A stretch of 64,000 nt of DNA, taken from positions 800,001-864,000 of the forward strand of contig CAVXGK010000001.1 of the NCBI GenBank assembly GCA_963761305.1, in the 5' to 3' direction. Source of the stretch: an uncultured Gemmatimonadaceae bacterium (GTDB lineage: Bacteria; Gemmatimonadota; Gemmatimonadetes; Gemmatimonadales; Gemmatimonadaceae). Below, in pieces: positions 20,195 to 29,939 of the stretch. The position numbers were made by a program, and so were the translations under genes. Below the pieces are notes generated by a model. That model ran no database searches, had not been told where the DNA came from, and worked only from the letters and a program-made list of their open reading frames with translations. Each line of letters starts with the position of its first letter. The stretch's first letter is position 1.

Positions 20195-20625
20195 TCAGAC
20201 ACTGGCCGGGGTTCGACGCGAGAGCGCGGCGTGCGGACGCCGGTGATTGAAGAACTGGAAGTACCGGGTGAGGCCGGCGCGGACGTCGGAGACGGTCTCA
20301 TAGGCGTGCAGGTAGACCTCTTCGTACTTGACGGAGCGCCACAGCCGCTCGACGAAGACGTTGTCGCGCCAGCAGCCAGTGCCGTCCATGCTGATCTGAA
20401 TCTGACGACGGCGGAGGACGTTGAGGAACTCGGCGCTCGTGAATTGCGACCCTTGATCGGTGTTGAAGATCTCGGGGCACCCGAAGCGGTCGAGGGCGTC
20501 CTCGAGGGCCGCGACGCAGAAATCGCTCGTGAGGGTCGGGGAGACGCGCCAGGTGAGGACTCGCCGGCTCGCCCAGTCCATCACCACGACGAGGTAGACG
20601 AAACCGCGGGCCATCGGGAGGTACG
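20195..20625 (-). CDS. IS3 transposase orfB, 3' exon (DDE integrase core)
   Basis: YLPMARGFVYLVVVMDWASRRVL, FNTDQGSQFTS, DNVFVERLWRSVKYE, RRPH. Confidence 0.9.
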
Positions 20626-22483
20626 GGTGAGTAGGCCGGGGCATTGCAGCCCCAGCCCCTCGCAGAACCGGACGTGAGCCTCTCGACTCATCCGGCTCCC
20701 ATCATCGAGCCGCAGGGACGAATCCCTTTTCCCAATGCACAAACGCCATCGGCTCGCGTTCCGCAACTCGGCCAAGGGCACGGGCCGCACGGGTCACCCC
20801 GCGGGCAAGGCGCTTGTACTTTCGCTGCATCCAGCGCACCAGATAGTCGTTCACGTGTCGCCACAATGGCTTCATCGCCGACGGGTAGAACCGACCGTAG
20901 TAGTTCGACCAGCCACGCAGCACTGGCCCAAACATGTTTGAGAGATCGCTCAGCCCTTTGTCGTTCATGAGCTGGAGATGCCATCCTCGCACCGTCTGTC
21001 GCATCGCCGTCAAGGCGTCACGACTGACGCCCGGAGAAAAGTTCACATAGACCCGGCCATACTTATCGACCGCTTTGCGCGGACGAAATGTGTAGCCGAG
21101 AAACGTGAACTGGACCGTCGGATACGCGCCCTGCCGATTGATGTCCTGACAGTACACGATCCGCGTCTTCCCCGGGTGCAGCTCGAGTCCGCACTCCCTG
21201 AGCCGTGTTTCGAGTTTCCTCAACACCAGCTGCGCCTGCGCTTCGCTTTTACAATGAATAACGGCGTCATCCGCATAGCGGCAGAACCTGACGCTCGGCA
21301 GCTTTCGTCGCATCCACGCGTCCAACGCGTAGTGCAGGAAGAGATTGGCGAGCAACGGACTAACGACGCCCCCTTGTGGGGTGCCCCGCTCACGCGCCAC
21401 TCGTGCTCCGTCCGCAGTTTCCATGGGCGCCTTCAACCAGCGGTCTACATACAGCAGCACCCATGGCGTGGTGCAGTGTTTTCGGAGTGCTCGCAACAGC
21501 AACTCGTGATCAATGTTGTCGAACAAGCCTTTGATGTCGAACTCGACAACCCAGTCATAGTCCCAGCTTCGCCGCCGCACCAACGCGACTGCATCCAACG
21601 CAGAACGCCCTGGCCGATAGCCAAATGAGTCGCGGTCGAATACGGGCTCGAGCACGGGCTCGAGGACCAGCTTGACCACCGTTTGTGCCACTCGATCGGC
21701 AACAGTGGGCACGCCCAAGATCCGGACGCCCCCACTCTTCTTTGGGATCGGGACGGCTTTGACCGGCGGCGGGAAATAGCTTCCCGACGCCATCCGATTC
21801 CAGAGCTTGTACAAATTGTCGCCGAGATGTTCTTCAAACGCTGCGATCGACTGCTGATCTACCCCAGCGCTTCCCCCATTTGCTTTGACGCGCTGGAAGG
21901 CATGCCACACCAGCGCTTTGGGAACCGCACACGACTTCGTCATGCGATCACACTCCTCCTGCTCGCGCAGTTGGTCTGACCGTCTGACCCGATAACGCGA
22001 CCCCTTCGCTCCATCGCCATTGCAGCGACTTCACCGCTACTACGAGTCGCTCCGCCCCTTGATCGCACATTGGTACTATCGGCCTCGCGTTTGGCGCTTG
22101 TGCCTTTCCCGTGGCGTCGTCATCGACCCCGCGCGATCGAAGGTTCCCGCAGTTCACCGTAGGAGCCCGAACCAACCTGGCGCTGCCTCTATGCCGGACG
22201 CCGCATGGCCAGTCAGCAGGCTCCCGCCATGCTTGTCCCGGGTTAACATCAACGCCCGGTTTCGACGTCGTCTTGAGCACTTTCGACAATTGAACGGCAG
22301 TTCACGTGTGTTCGCCTTGTTGATTCACACCTGATGCCTTCCGGCACCTTTTCCGAAACGTTCACGACCGGGGTTTTTGACCCGAGCCGCTTCCGGTGGT
22401 TTGCAACCCGCTCCTGCAAGCCGATTGCGAGAGGCCATGAGTTATGTCATCTCTCATCTCCTACGCCGCTTGCTGCGGCACAC
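20626..22483 (-). mobile_element. Complete group II intron (1858 nt; probably IIB, bacterial class D-like)
   Basis: Begins GTGTG. Domain V GAGCCGGATGAGTCGAGAGGCTCACGTCCGGTTCT at ~20664-20698; domain VI ends CCTACTCACC. Removal restores the transposase frame W-A-A-D-I-T-Y-L-P-M. Confidence 0.93.
20702..21943 (-). CDS. ltrA: Group II intron reverse transcriptase/maturase (no endonuclease domain)
   Basis: GSAGVD, IPK.SGG.R.LG.PT..DR..Q, SFGYRPGRS, GTPQGGVVSPLLAN, RYADD, FLGY, LRGW.NYY. 413 aa, ends before any HNH domain. Confidence 0.97.
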   Translation of the reverse strand: MTKSCAVPKALVWHAFQRVKANGGSAGVDQQSIAAFEEHLGDNLYKLWNRMASGSYFPPPVKAVPIPKKSGGVRILGVPTVADRVAQTVVKLVLEPVLEPVFDRDSFGYRPGRSALDAVALVRRRSWDYDWVVEFDIKGLFDNIDHELLLRALRKHCTTPWVLLYVDRWLKAPMETADGARVARERGTPQGGVVSPLLANLFLHYALDAWMRRKLPSVRFCRYADDAVIHCKSEAQAQLVLRKLETRLRECGLELHPGKTRIVYCQDINRQGAYPTVQFTFLGYTFRPRKAVDKYGRVYVNFSPGVSRDALTAMRQTVRGWHLQLMNDKGLSDLSNMFGPVLRGWSNYYGRFYPSAMKPLWRHVNDYLVRWMQRKYKRLARGVTRAARALGRVAEREPMAFVHWEKGFVPAAR

Positions 22484-22898
22484 TGATGTCCGCCGCCCAG
22501 ACGTGATTCGGCCGCGTGATCGTGAGCCGTCGGAGCAGATAGGGAAAGACGGGGTGGGCCCGATGGCGTCGCGTCGTCTTCGGCCGCTGGTAGATCGCCG
22601 TGATCCCCATCCGCCGCATGAGGGTTCTCGTATGCTCGCGCCCGATCGCCACCCCCTCGGCCTGCAACAGATCACGCAGCATCCGACTCCCCGTGAAGGG
22701 CAGCTCGAGATGCAGCGCGTCGATCCGCCGCATGAGCGCGAGCTCGGCGTCGCTCACCGGCCGGGCGGCGTAGTAGACCGACGCTCGCGAGAGCCCCACG
22801 AGGCGCGCTTGGCGCGTGACCGAGAGCCGGTGGGTCCGGTCGATCATCGCTTTCCGGTCGGACCGGGGCCGCGTCCGAGCGCGTTGGCCAAAAAATCC
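22484..22898 (-). CDS. IS3 transposase orfB, 5' exon
   Basis: MID..H.LSVTRQARLVGLSRASVYY, PFTGSRML, LMRRMGI.AIY..P.T, FPYLLR.L.I.RPNHVWAADI. Reached by a probable -1 shift at T TTT TTG (A6 at 22890-22895 on the + strand). Confidence 0.88.
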
Positions 22899-23146
22899 AG
22901 TTCCAGCGCTTGTTGGCCGATCTTCGCGTGCAGCGCCTTCACGTCGATCGCCGGCTCGCGCCGCTCGCCGTCGGCGCCGAAGGCGTCGGCCGCATGCGCC
23001 ACCAGCTGGCGGCGCCATTCCGTGATCTGGTTCGGGTGGACGTCGAAGCGCTGGGCGAGCTCGGCGAGCGTCGCGTTGCCTTCGAGCGCGGCCAAGGCCA
23101 CTTTCGCCTTGAACGCCGGTGAGTGATTTCGGCGGGGTCGTCGCAT
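22844..23146 (-). CDS. IS3 transposase orfA (HTH)
   Basis: RRNHSPAFKAKVALAA, LAELAQRFDVHPNQITEW, LHAKIGQ..LE.DFL. Confidence 0.93.
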   Translation of the reverse strand: MRRPRRNHSPAFKAKVALAALEGNATLAELAQRFDVHPNQITEWRRQLVAHAADAFGADGERREPAIDVKALHAKIGQQALELDFLANALGRGPGPTGKR

Positions 23147-23237
23147 CGGGAAACAGCCTCCTGGTCGGCGAGAGTATCGCCTCGTGGAGCGCCGGTTTCC
23201 ACCTATCCCACCTGTCCTAATTCTTCAGGCCACCTCT

Positions 23238-24519
23238 GGGTAACAAAAGTGTCCGGGAGGATGGGTAACACTTTGGTTAGCCACGAATGATGTAATCGCG
23301 TTCGTCGAAGGTGGCCAGCAACACGTTGTTGAAATGGATCGCCCCGATTTCGTCGTCGGTCTCTTCGAGGCCGATGTGTTGGTCGACCATCGCATTGGCG
23401 AGATACAGCAGCCGGGTGCGGAAGCGAAACGTTCCTCCGGTCGTGATCTTCTTCACGAGAAGGTGCCCGGGGTAGACGAGCGCAGGCAATCGCTCTGGAA
23501 ACGGCCGCGCGGAGACGTGGTACTGCGAGGCCGGCGTCGGCTGCTGCAACCGCTCATGCGGCCGCTCGTCGTTGTACTCGAGGCGGAACGCATCGAAGTT
23601 CCGCTGCTGCGCCGCGCAGCTCGCGCGCACCGGCTTGATCGCCTCCCGCTTCAGCGTCCGATCCATCCGCTCGTGGGCGCCGTTGTCTTGCGGGCAACCC
23701 GGGCGACTCCGCTGATGGAGAATGCCGAGGCGCATCCACCAGACGTTGAGGTAGGATAGGCCATGAATCGCCTGCGTCGCGAAGGGCACGCCATTGTCGG
23801 TGCGGATCGCGAGCGGCAGCCCATACTCGCGAAACGCTCGCTCGAAGATCGGCTTGGCCGTGACCGTCTGCGGCGAGAGGACCCCGCGGCAGACCAGCAG
23901 GTACCGCGTGTGCTGATCGGCAAGCGTGAGCGGGTAGCAGTACTTCCCATCGCTCGTGCGGAACTGGCCTTTGAAATCCGCGGTCCACAAGTCATTCGGG
24001 GGCACGGTCACGGGACGCACGACGCCCGGGTGGATCGGCGCGCGGCGCGCGCGTCGCCGGTGCACGAGGCCCCGCCGCGCCAGGAGATCGGCGACGGTGC
24101 TCGCGGCCGGCCAACTCGCGATCCGCGGATGATGGCGGGTGAGCACCGCGAGCAGCTTGCGGGCGCCCCAGTGCGGATGCGCGATCCGCTCGGCGATGAG
24201 CAACTCCGCCATCGCCGACTGAATCTTGTGCGGACAGTGGTGCGCGACATGGCTCCGATCGGCCAAGCCGCTACGGCCCTCCGCCTCATAGCGCGCGAGT
24301 CACTTGTAGCCGATCCGCCGACTCACGCCGTACCGCGCACAGAGCTCACTCATCGTGAGACGATCGCGCTGGGCATCGCGCACGAACTGCAACCGTTCGT
24401 CCATAGGTCCACTCTCCCGCCATGGCATCGACGCCCTCGCTGTTTCGAGAATCGTCGTGCAGGTTAGAGTGTTACCCATCCTCCCGGACTATTCTGTTAT
24501 CCATCAACCCGGGCTGTAC
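23238..24519 (-). mobile_element. IS481-family element, left end truncated
   Basis: Perfect 20-bp inverted repeat GTCCGGGAGGATGGGTAACA (23251-23270) / TGTTACCCATCCTCCCGGAC (24470-24489), each with a second GGGTAACA-like box. The outer part of the left repeat is replaced by the IS3 end. Confidence 0.82.
23277..24428 (-). pseudogene. IS481-family transposase with premature stop
   Basis: MPWRE..PMDERLQFV...GYK*LARY, with TGA at 24300-24302 where Trp is expected. Then WGARKL, WTADFKG, IRTDNG, PQDNGAHER, YN.ERPHE. Confidence 0.9.
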
Positions 24520-24527
24520 CGCCCGCG

Positions 24528-24620
24528 GTCTAACGCGCGGTGCAGCAGACGGGCGATTTATTGATGGCTCGCTTTCGCTCGCTCTATTGACTCGCCAGCA
24601 GCTGAACTGGAGCGTTAGCT
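24528..24620 (+). other. Integron attC-like recombination site
   Basis: R'' GTCTAAC, L''-like GTGCAGC, hairpin-forming middle, L' GCTGAAC, 6-bp spacer, R' GTTAG; 93 bp. Confidence 0.75.
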
Positions 24621-25062
24621 AGCAACAGCTTCATACTCATGGATGGCATCCAGCTGCGCCGACGCGGCGTCGAACTCCTCTCGTCCGTTCTTGGTCCGTA
24701 CTGCTTCGACTATCAGGCCGGCGACGTCGATCGCGGCAGCGGCGGACTCTATGCCCATGGCGGCTCGGACGAGCGAACCGTTCGCAGGAATTCAGCGTGC
24801 GCGATGCGCTCGGAGAGGTCGGAGTTTGCAGCGCTTGTCACGAAGCGCCGAGCGTACCCGTCCGCCGCGCGGGTTTGCCGCGCTCTCCCCTGGCCATCAC
24901 CCTGCTCGGCTGGGCCTGGGCGCACCTCCAGGACGCGACCGGCGCGGAACACTGCGCCGTGAGCGTGGGACCCGTCGATCGAATGTTCGCGACTCCGCCC
25001 GATAGCCCCGGCCAGTGTGAGCCGGGACTATCGGACGACCGACCGCGAGATCCACGTCTCTG

Positions 25063-25578
25063 TTACTGGCCCGAGCTCTCACCCAGGGCGACGAGAAGCT
25101 CGTCCAGCTGATCGAACGTCTCGACCATTGCATCGGCCGCTCCGGTGCCGGCAGCGTCGAGCGCTTCCTTCGAAGGATAGCTCTCGCGCAGAACTACCAG
25201 CGTCTTGCCGCCCTTTTCCTCGAAGGTCACCGTGGTGACAGAGCCGCCCTCGCCACCTTCGTCATTGGTCCACGCGAGGCGCGAATACGGCTTCACTTCG
25301 ACGTACGTGCCGAAAAACGCGGCAGGCTCGGGGCTGTGGTCGAATACCAATCGGTACTTGCCTCCGACACGAGCATCCACGTCGCAGGACAGCAGGGTCA
25401 TTCCCGTCGACTGGGGCACCCACCAACGCTTGAGCAGCTCGGCCTTGGTAAATGCCTCGAACACGATGCGCGCCGGGCCGTTGATGGTCCGCGTGACAAC
25501 CACCTCGCGGTCCGACTTCCGTTCCACCGTGGTGCGGTTCTTCACGGGGCCGGGCTTACTTTCGATTCTTGCGTTCAT
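25063..25578 (-). CDS. SRPBCC / AHSA1-like (START fold) protein
   Basis: VVTRTINGPARIVFEAFT..ELLKRWW, DARVGGKYRL, VTFEE.GGKT. Confidence 0.9.
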   Translation of the reverse strand: MNARIESKPGPVKNRTTVERKSDREVVVTRTINGPARIVFEAFTKAELLKRWWVPQSTGMTLLSCDVDARVGGKYRLVFDHSPEPAAFFGTYVEVKPYSRLAWTNDEGGEGGSVTTVTFEEKGGKTLVVLRESYPSKEALDAAGTGAADAMVETFDQLDELLVALGESSGQ

Positions 25579-25921
25579 CGCTCTTCTCCTTTTGTGTTAG
25601 TTCCTCGACAACCTTGTCCAACTCGTCGAAGCGTTCGTCCCAGCGCTGGCGGTACCTCTCGAGCCACACCGTCTCGTCCTCCAATCGGCGCCGGCCCAGC
25701 TGGCACGTCCGCACGCGCCCGATCTTCTTCGTGGTGACGAGCCCGGCCTGCTCCAGAACGCCGACGTGCTTCTTCATGCCCGTGAGCGTCATGTGGAACG
25801 TCTCGGCCAGGTCCGTGATCGAAGCGTCGGCTCGTCCGAGCTGCTCCAGAACGCCACGCCGCGTGGCGTCTGAGAGCGCGGCGAACGAAGTATCAAGTCG
25901 GGTCGACATATACTGAACCAT
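25556..25921 (-). CDS. ArsR/SmtB family transcriptional regulator
   Basis: FAALSDATRRGVL..L, KHVGVLEQAGLV, K.GRVRTC.L, W..RFDELD. Typical ArsR-SRPBCC pair. Confidence 0.92.
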   Translation of the reverse strand: MVQYMSTRLDTSFAALSDATRRGVLEQLGRADASITDLAETFHMTLTGMKKHVGVLEQAGLVTTKKIGRVRTCQLGRRRLEDETVWLERYRQRWDERFDELDKVVEELTQKEKSDERKNRK

Positions 25922-25933
25922 ATGGTTCAGTAT
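25910..25933. promoter_or_regulatory. Perfect 24-bp palindrome over the arsR start (autoregulatory operator)
   Basis: ATACTGAACCAT-ATGGTTCAGTAT, centred on the ATG at 25921. Confidence 0.8.
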
Positions 25934-26076
25934 TTAACGCAAGCGTTCGCGCATGGCAAGGGGTGGCCGCGAAAAACGATGCGTCTTACGACCTCAGCAG
26001 AGCGCGCGCATCCGTCACCGCTCAGACCACCATCGCTGCCTCTACTGCGACGACATCCCTGCCGAACGGCCGCATC

Positions 26077-26151
26077 GTGACGGCCCTCTTTGCCGGCGCC
26101 CTGTTTCTCAGTGCGTTCCTGCTTTTCGTGCTCGAGCCGATGGTGGCGCGG
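26077..26151 (+). pseudogene. N-terminal fragment of a fused MFS/spermidine-synthase-like membrane protein
   Basis: TALFAGALFLSAFLLFVLEPMVAR resembles the start of that family, then similarity ends abruptly. Confidence 0.5.
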
Positions 26152-26159
26152 ACTGGCGA

Positions 26160-26214
26160 CGGCTGCGCCGGCGCTTCTATTTCATTCGGTCGTAGGTTGA
26201 CTCGGGCGTTAGAT
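26160..26214 (+). other. 3' half of an attC-like site
   Basis: L'-like GGTTGAC, 6-bp spacer TCGGGC, R' GTTAGAT (26208-26214). No matching R'' seen. Confidence 0.45.
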
Positions 26215-26487
26215 GGCTACGACCCATGATTATGAGTCTATAAAAGCATCATGGCTCTTGTTCGCAACGCTGCGCTCCTCTTGTTGCTCGGCGGTTGCTC
26301 ACGCCGCGGAGATTTGGGACCAGTCCATCTTACTCAACCAGCGTCGGCGGGATCACCCGATTAGTGCGTCGACGCTCGCTGCCAGTCGTTGGCCGCGACG
26401 AGCGCCTCCGGTGGGATTTGATTCGCCCGCAGGTGAGCTCGGGCGCTCGGCCGCTACACGCCGGATACCACGCTTCTGGAGGCCCAC

Positions 26488-27371
26488 GTGATCGCACCCA
26501 GGTCGCTCCAATCAGCCATCGTCGCGGGAACCTTCATCCACGGACTCGCGGCGACGCTTCCGGCGCAAGCCGGTCACTTCAATGCCGAGCTACTTCCGGC
26601 AGTCCGCCGCGCCGCTTCGATGGTTCCTGGCGCCGCGCCTACATCCGTGCATTACATGGTACTCAACCCGGGGAAGGCGCCGCTGAGTGCCTTCGTCGAC
26701 GGAGGTGATCGCAACGCCGTCCCCGTCGGGTTTACGGTCTTTCAGATCCGCTTTCCACAAGGCTGGCTCACCGTCGACGCGGCACTCGATCGAAGCTTCG
26801 TGCCGGATAGCAAGTCCTTCGACGACGAGACATATCGAAGCATCCACGAGGCCCTTCGCGGAGCAAGGCTCTCGGTCGTCACGCATGAGCACCACGACCA
26901 CGTCGCCGGCGTCCTGATTTCCCCCGCGCTCGACCAGGTGCGGTCGCATACACTTCTGACTCGGACGCAAGTACAGTCACTGATGATCCGGCCGAACGAT
27001 CCGCGCATCAAGATCGACTCGATCATCGCTGCACGGTACCTCGTTGTCGACTACGACCCGATCCTGCCGATCGCTCCAGGTGTCGTGCTGATCAAAGCTC
27101 CGGGCACACCGCCGGGTCGCAGATGGTGTACGTTCGACTGGCATCGGGAGCCGAGATCATCATGGCCGGGGACGTCGCGTGGAACATGCGCGGCATCGAC
27201 TCTCTCGCCCAAAAACCTGACGCCGCCACGAGCAGTTTCGGTGGTGAGGACAGAGAGTGCGATGCTGCAGATCCGGGGATGAGCGTCTTGGTCTCGCACG
27301 ATCTCGAGCGCCTCGAGGCGCTTGTCGCTCGAGGAAGGCTCCAGGTCGGCTTTGACCTCACCAACCCCTGA
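26488..27371 (+). pseudogene. Secreted MBL-fold metallohydrolase, frameshifted near 27102
   Basis: THEHHDHVAG motif. Adding one base restores APGHTAGSQMVYVRL...AGDVAW...SHD. Confidence 0.8.
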
Positions 27372-27398
27372 TCAACTGACCCTGGAGAATGGAGCCCG

Positions 27399-27767
27399 TT
27401 GGTGAGCATCAGACGAGTCGTGCCGGACATCAAGTCCCAGAATCTCGCCGAAAGCCGTGCGTTCTACGTTGATTTCCTGGGTTTCGAACTGGCGATGGAC
27501 ATGGGGTTTGTCATGACGTTCGTATCGCCGAGCAATCCGACAGCCCAGATCAGCGTCGTGCGGGATGACGGTGGTTCATCGCTGCTGCCGGATGTGAGCG
27601 TCGAGGTCGCAGACGTCGATCACGTGCACAAGCGTGCCCTTGAACGCGGCCTCGACATCGTCTATCCGCTCACTGACGAGCCATGGGGCGTCCGTCGCTT
27701 CTTCGTCGTCGATCCGAATGGAACCATTCTTAACGTTTTGAGTCATCTGCCGGCTCGAGCGAAATGA
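27399..27767 (+). CDS. VOC / glyoxalase-bleomycin resistance family protein
   Basis: SRAFY.DFLGF, SVEVADVD, DEPWGVRRFFV.DP.G. Confidence 0.92.
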   Translation: MVSIRRVVPDIKSQNLAESRAFYVDFLGFELAMDMGFVMTFVSPSNPTAQISVVRDDGGSSLLPDVSVEVADVDHVHKRALERGLDIVYPLTDEPWGVRRFFVVDPNGTILNVLSHLPARAK

Positions 27768-27974
27768 TGACCCGGTGGCAGCTTACTCTGCGCGCATACC
27801 TTCGTCGCGACTCTCGACAGGGCGCCGCAACGCCTCTCGATCGAACGGGCTAAACGAACGCTGAAGCCGACACGGAGCTATTGATCGTGCGTGATGGGTT
27901 CGGTTGCCGACCCGCGCCGCACGTAACATCATCTACCGGCTGGCTTCCGCGTCCTACAACAGATCGAGGGTCCC

Positions 27975-29312
27975 ATGAAACGGTTCGCTCGCGTTGCGGC
28001 CACCCTGGCGATCATCGCCCCACTCGCCCTCACGCACGCCCAGGTCGTCGCGCAACAGTCCGCGGCGGTTGCGATCCCGGATAGCCCGGCCGGCAAGATG
28101 CTCTCGGCCTGGCTCGAGGCCTTCAACAGCGCCGACTCGACGAAGATCGCGGCGTACATTCGCAAGAACGAGCCGCACAAGAACGTCGACAACCAGGTGA
28201 CGTTCGGTCTCACTATGCGCGGCTTCGATCTCGTCAGCATCGAGAGGAACCAGCCGAGGCACCTCGAGTACGTGTTGAAAGACCACAACCGAGGCGTACT
28301 CGGGTTCGGCATTCTCGACATCCACGACGATGGCACGGCGGCGAGTGTCCTGAGCGGGATGCCGCCCGGCGCCCGCGCCGCCGACTTCAGGATCGACGCG
28401 GCGACTCGGGCGAGCGTCATCGACGGCGCGATCGCGAAGCTCGACGAGTCGTACGTCTTCCCCGACGTCGCGACGAAGATGGCCGAAGCCGTCAGGGCCC
28501 GCCTGAAACGTGGCGAATACGACGACGTGACGAACGGCCTCGCCTTCGCCGCGAAGCTCACCGACGACTTCCAGGCCGTCAGCCACGACAAGCACCTTCG
28601 CGTCAACTTCTCGGCGCTCCCGATTCCCCCCGCTCCGGCCCCAGGGTCAACGCCGTCACCGGACGCCGTCGCGCGCTATCAGCGCGACATGGCGTCGATC
28701 AACTGCGGTTTCGTCAAGGCGGAGCAGCTGGCGAACAACGTCGGGTATCTCAAGTTCAACATGTTCGCCGATCCGGAGGTCTGCGGAGCGACCGCGAGCG
28801 CGGCGATGAACTTCCTGGCCAACACCGACGCGCTCGTCATCGACCTCCGCGACAACGGCGGCGGCGATCCGGCGATGGTCACGTACATCTCGTCGTATCT
28901 CTTCTCGAAGCGGACGCACCTCAACGACCTGTGGACGCGCCGCACCAACGAGACGAAAGAGTACTGGACGAACGCCGATGTCAGCGGGAAGCGACTTGCC
29001 GACGACAAGCCCGTGTACGTGTTGACGTCGAGCCACACGTTCTCGGGCGGCGAGGAGTTCACGAACAATCTGAAGGTGCTCAAGCGGGCGACGATCGTCG
29101 GGGAAACGACGGGCGGTGGGGCGCATCCCGTCGCCGGCCAGCGGATCAACGATCATTTCATCATTGGCGTTCCATTCGCCCGGGCGATCAACCCGATCAC
29201 GAAGACGAATTGGGAAGGCACCGGTGTCGAGCCCGACGTGAAGGTTCCGGCCGCGGATGCGCTCACTATCGCGCTCAAACTCATCGCGGAGAAGCGGAAT
29301 CTGAAATCGTAG
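27975..29312 (+). CDS. Secreted S41 family peptidase (IRBP-like)
   Basis: Signal peptide; D.HL.V, NVGYL, IDLR.NGGG, TFSGGEEF, VGETTGGGAHP, WEGTGVEPD. Confidence 0.92.
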   Translation: MKRFARVAATLAIIAPLALTHAQVVAQQSAAVAIPDSPAGKMLSAWLEAFNSADSTKIAAYIRKNEPHKNVDNQVTFGLTMRGFDLVSIERNQPRHLEYVLKDHNRGVLGFGILDIHDDGTAASVLSGMPPGARAADFRIDAATRASVIDGAIAKLDESYVFPDVATKMAEAVRARLKRGEYDDVTNGLAFAAKLTDDFQAVSHDKHLRVNFSALPIPPAPAPGSTPSPDAVARYQRDMASINCGFVKAEQLANNVGYLKFNMFADPEVCGATASAAMNFLANTDALVIDLRDNGGGDPAMVTYISSYLFSKRTHLNDLWTRRTNETKEYWTNADVSGKRLADDKPVYVLTSSHTFSGGEEFTNNLKVLKRATIVGETTGGGAHPVAGQRINDHFIIGVPFARAINPITKTNWEGTGVEPDVKVPAADALTIALKLIAEKRNLKS

Positions 29313-29393
29313 CGCGAAGGTGCTCGTCCAGACGATGCGTGGCACGTGATCACCATGCCCTCGGGTCGGACATCTATGCGGAGGTGTGAAGGC

Positions 29394-29939
29394 GTGGGCA
29401 AGCTCGTTTTCGGCATGATGCAATCCCTCGACGGCTACGTCGATGGCGTCGCGGATCGGCTGGAGTTCCCTCCGCCTGGCGTTGCGCTTGGCCGTCATTT
29501 CACAGACCACGTCCGCGGCCTGGCCGGCTCCTTGTATGGTCGCCGGATATATGAAATCATGCGCTATTGGGACGAGGATCGGCGGGAGTGGGATGCCGCC
29601 GACCACGACTTCGCGGCGGCGTGGCGGGCGCAGCCGAAATGGGTCGTCTCACGTACGCTGAAGTCGGTCGGCCCGAACGCCACACTCGTCGGGGAGAACG
29701 TCGACGCGTTTGTGCGCAAGCTGAAGAAGGATGTCGAGGGTGAGATCGACGTCGCGGGGCCCGCCCTGGCGGCGAGCCTCACCGACCTCGGTCTTATCGA
29801 CGAGTATCGTCTCTACTTCCGCCCCTTCGTGCTTGGTGGCGGCAAGCCGTACTTTGCCGGCGCCCGGCCACCCCTTCGCATCATTGCCAGCGATCGTGTT
29901 GGCGAGGACGCGGTTCGGCTGACGTGTGTCCCAGCCTGA
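29394..29939 (+). CDS. Dihydrofolate reductase-like (RibD C-terminal domain) protein
   Basis: SLDGYV, LYGRRIYE.M.YW, PKWVVSRTL, GLIDEY.L..P.VLGGGKP.F. GGAGG upstream of the GTG. Confidence 0.9.
   Translation: MGKLVFGMMQSLDGYVDGVADRLEFPPPGVALGRHFTDHVRGLAGSLYGRRIYEIMRYWDEDRREWDAADHDFAAAWRAQPKWVVSRTLKSVGPNATLVGENVDAFVRKLKKDVEGEIDVAGPALAASLTDLGLIDEYRLYFRPFVLGGGKPYFAGARPPLRIIASDRVGEDAVRLTCVPA

Larger units (their letters stand above)
20106..23237 (-). mobile_element. IS3-family insertion sequence (~1274 bp without the intron) interrupted by a group II intron
   Basis: Imperfect terminal inverted repeats: AGAGGTGGCCTAACGAATTGAGACAGGT at 20106 versus the reverse complement of the end at 23237, AGAGGTGGCCTGAAGAATTAGGACAGGT. 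orfA plus split orfB inside. Confidence 0.88.

Noticed and set aside
20702..21943. RT as a retron, DGR or defence-associated RT
   Set aside because: It has a maturase domain and sits within clear group II intron domains V/VI with GTGTG and EBS/IBS pairings. No template/variable repeat pair was seen.
24300..24302. TGA recoded as Trp or Sec in the IS481 transposase
   Set aside because: TGA is used as a normal stop throughout the window. A TGG-to-TGA mutation in a truncated IS is the simpler explanation.
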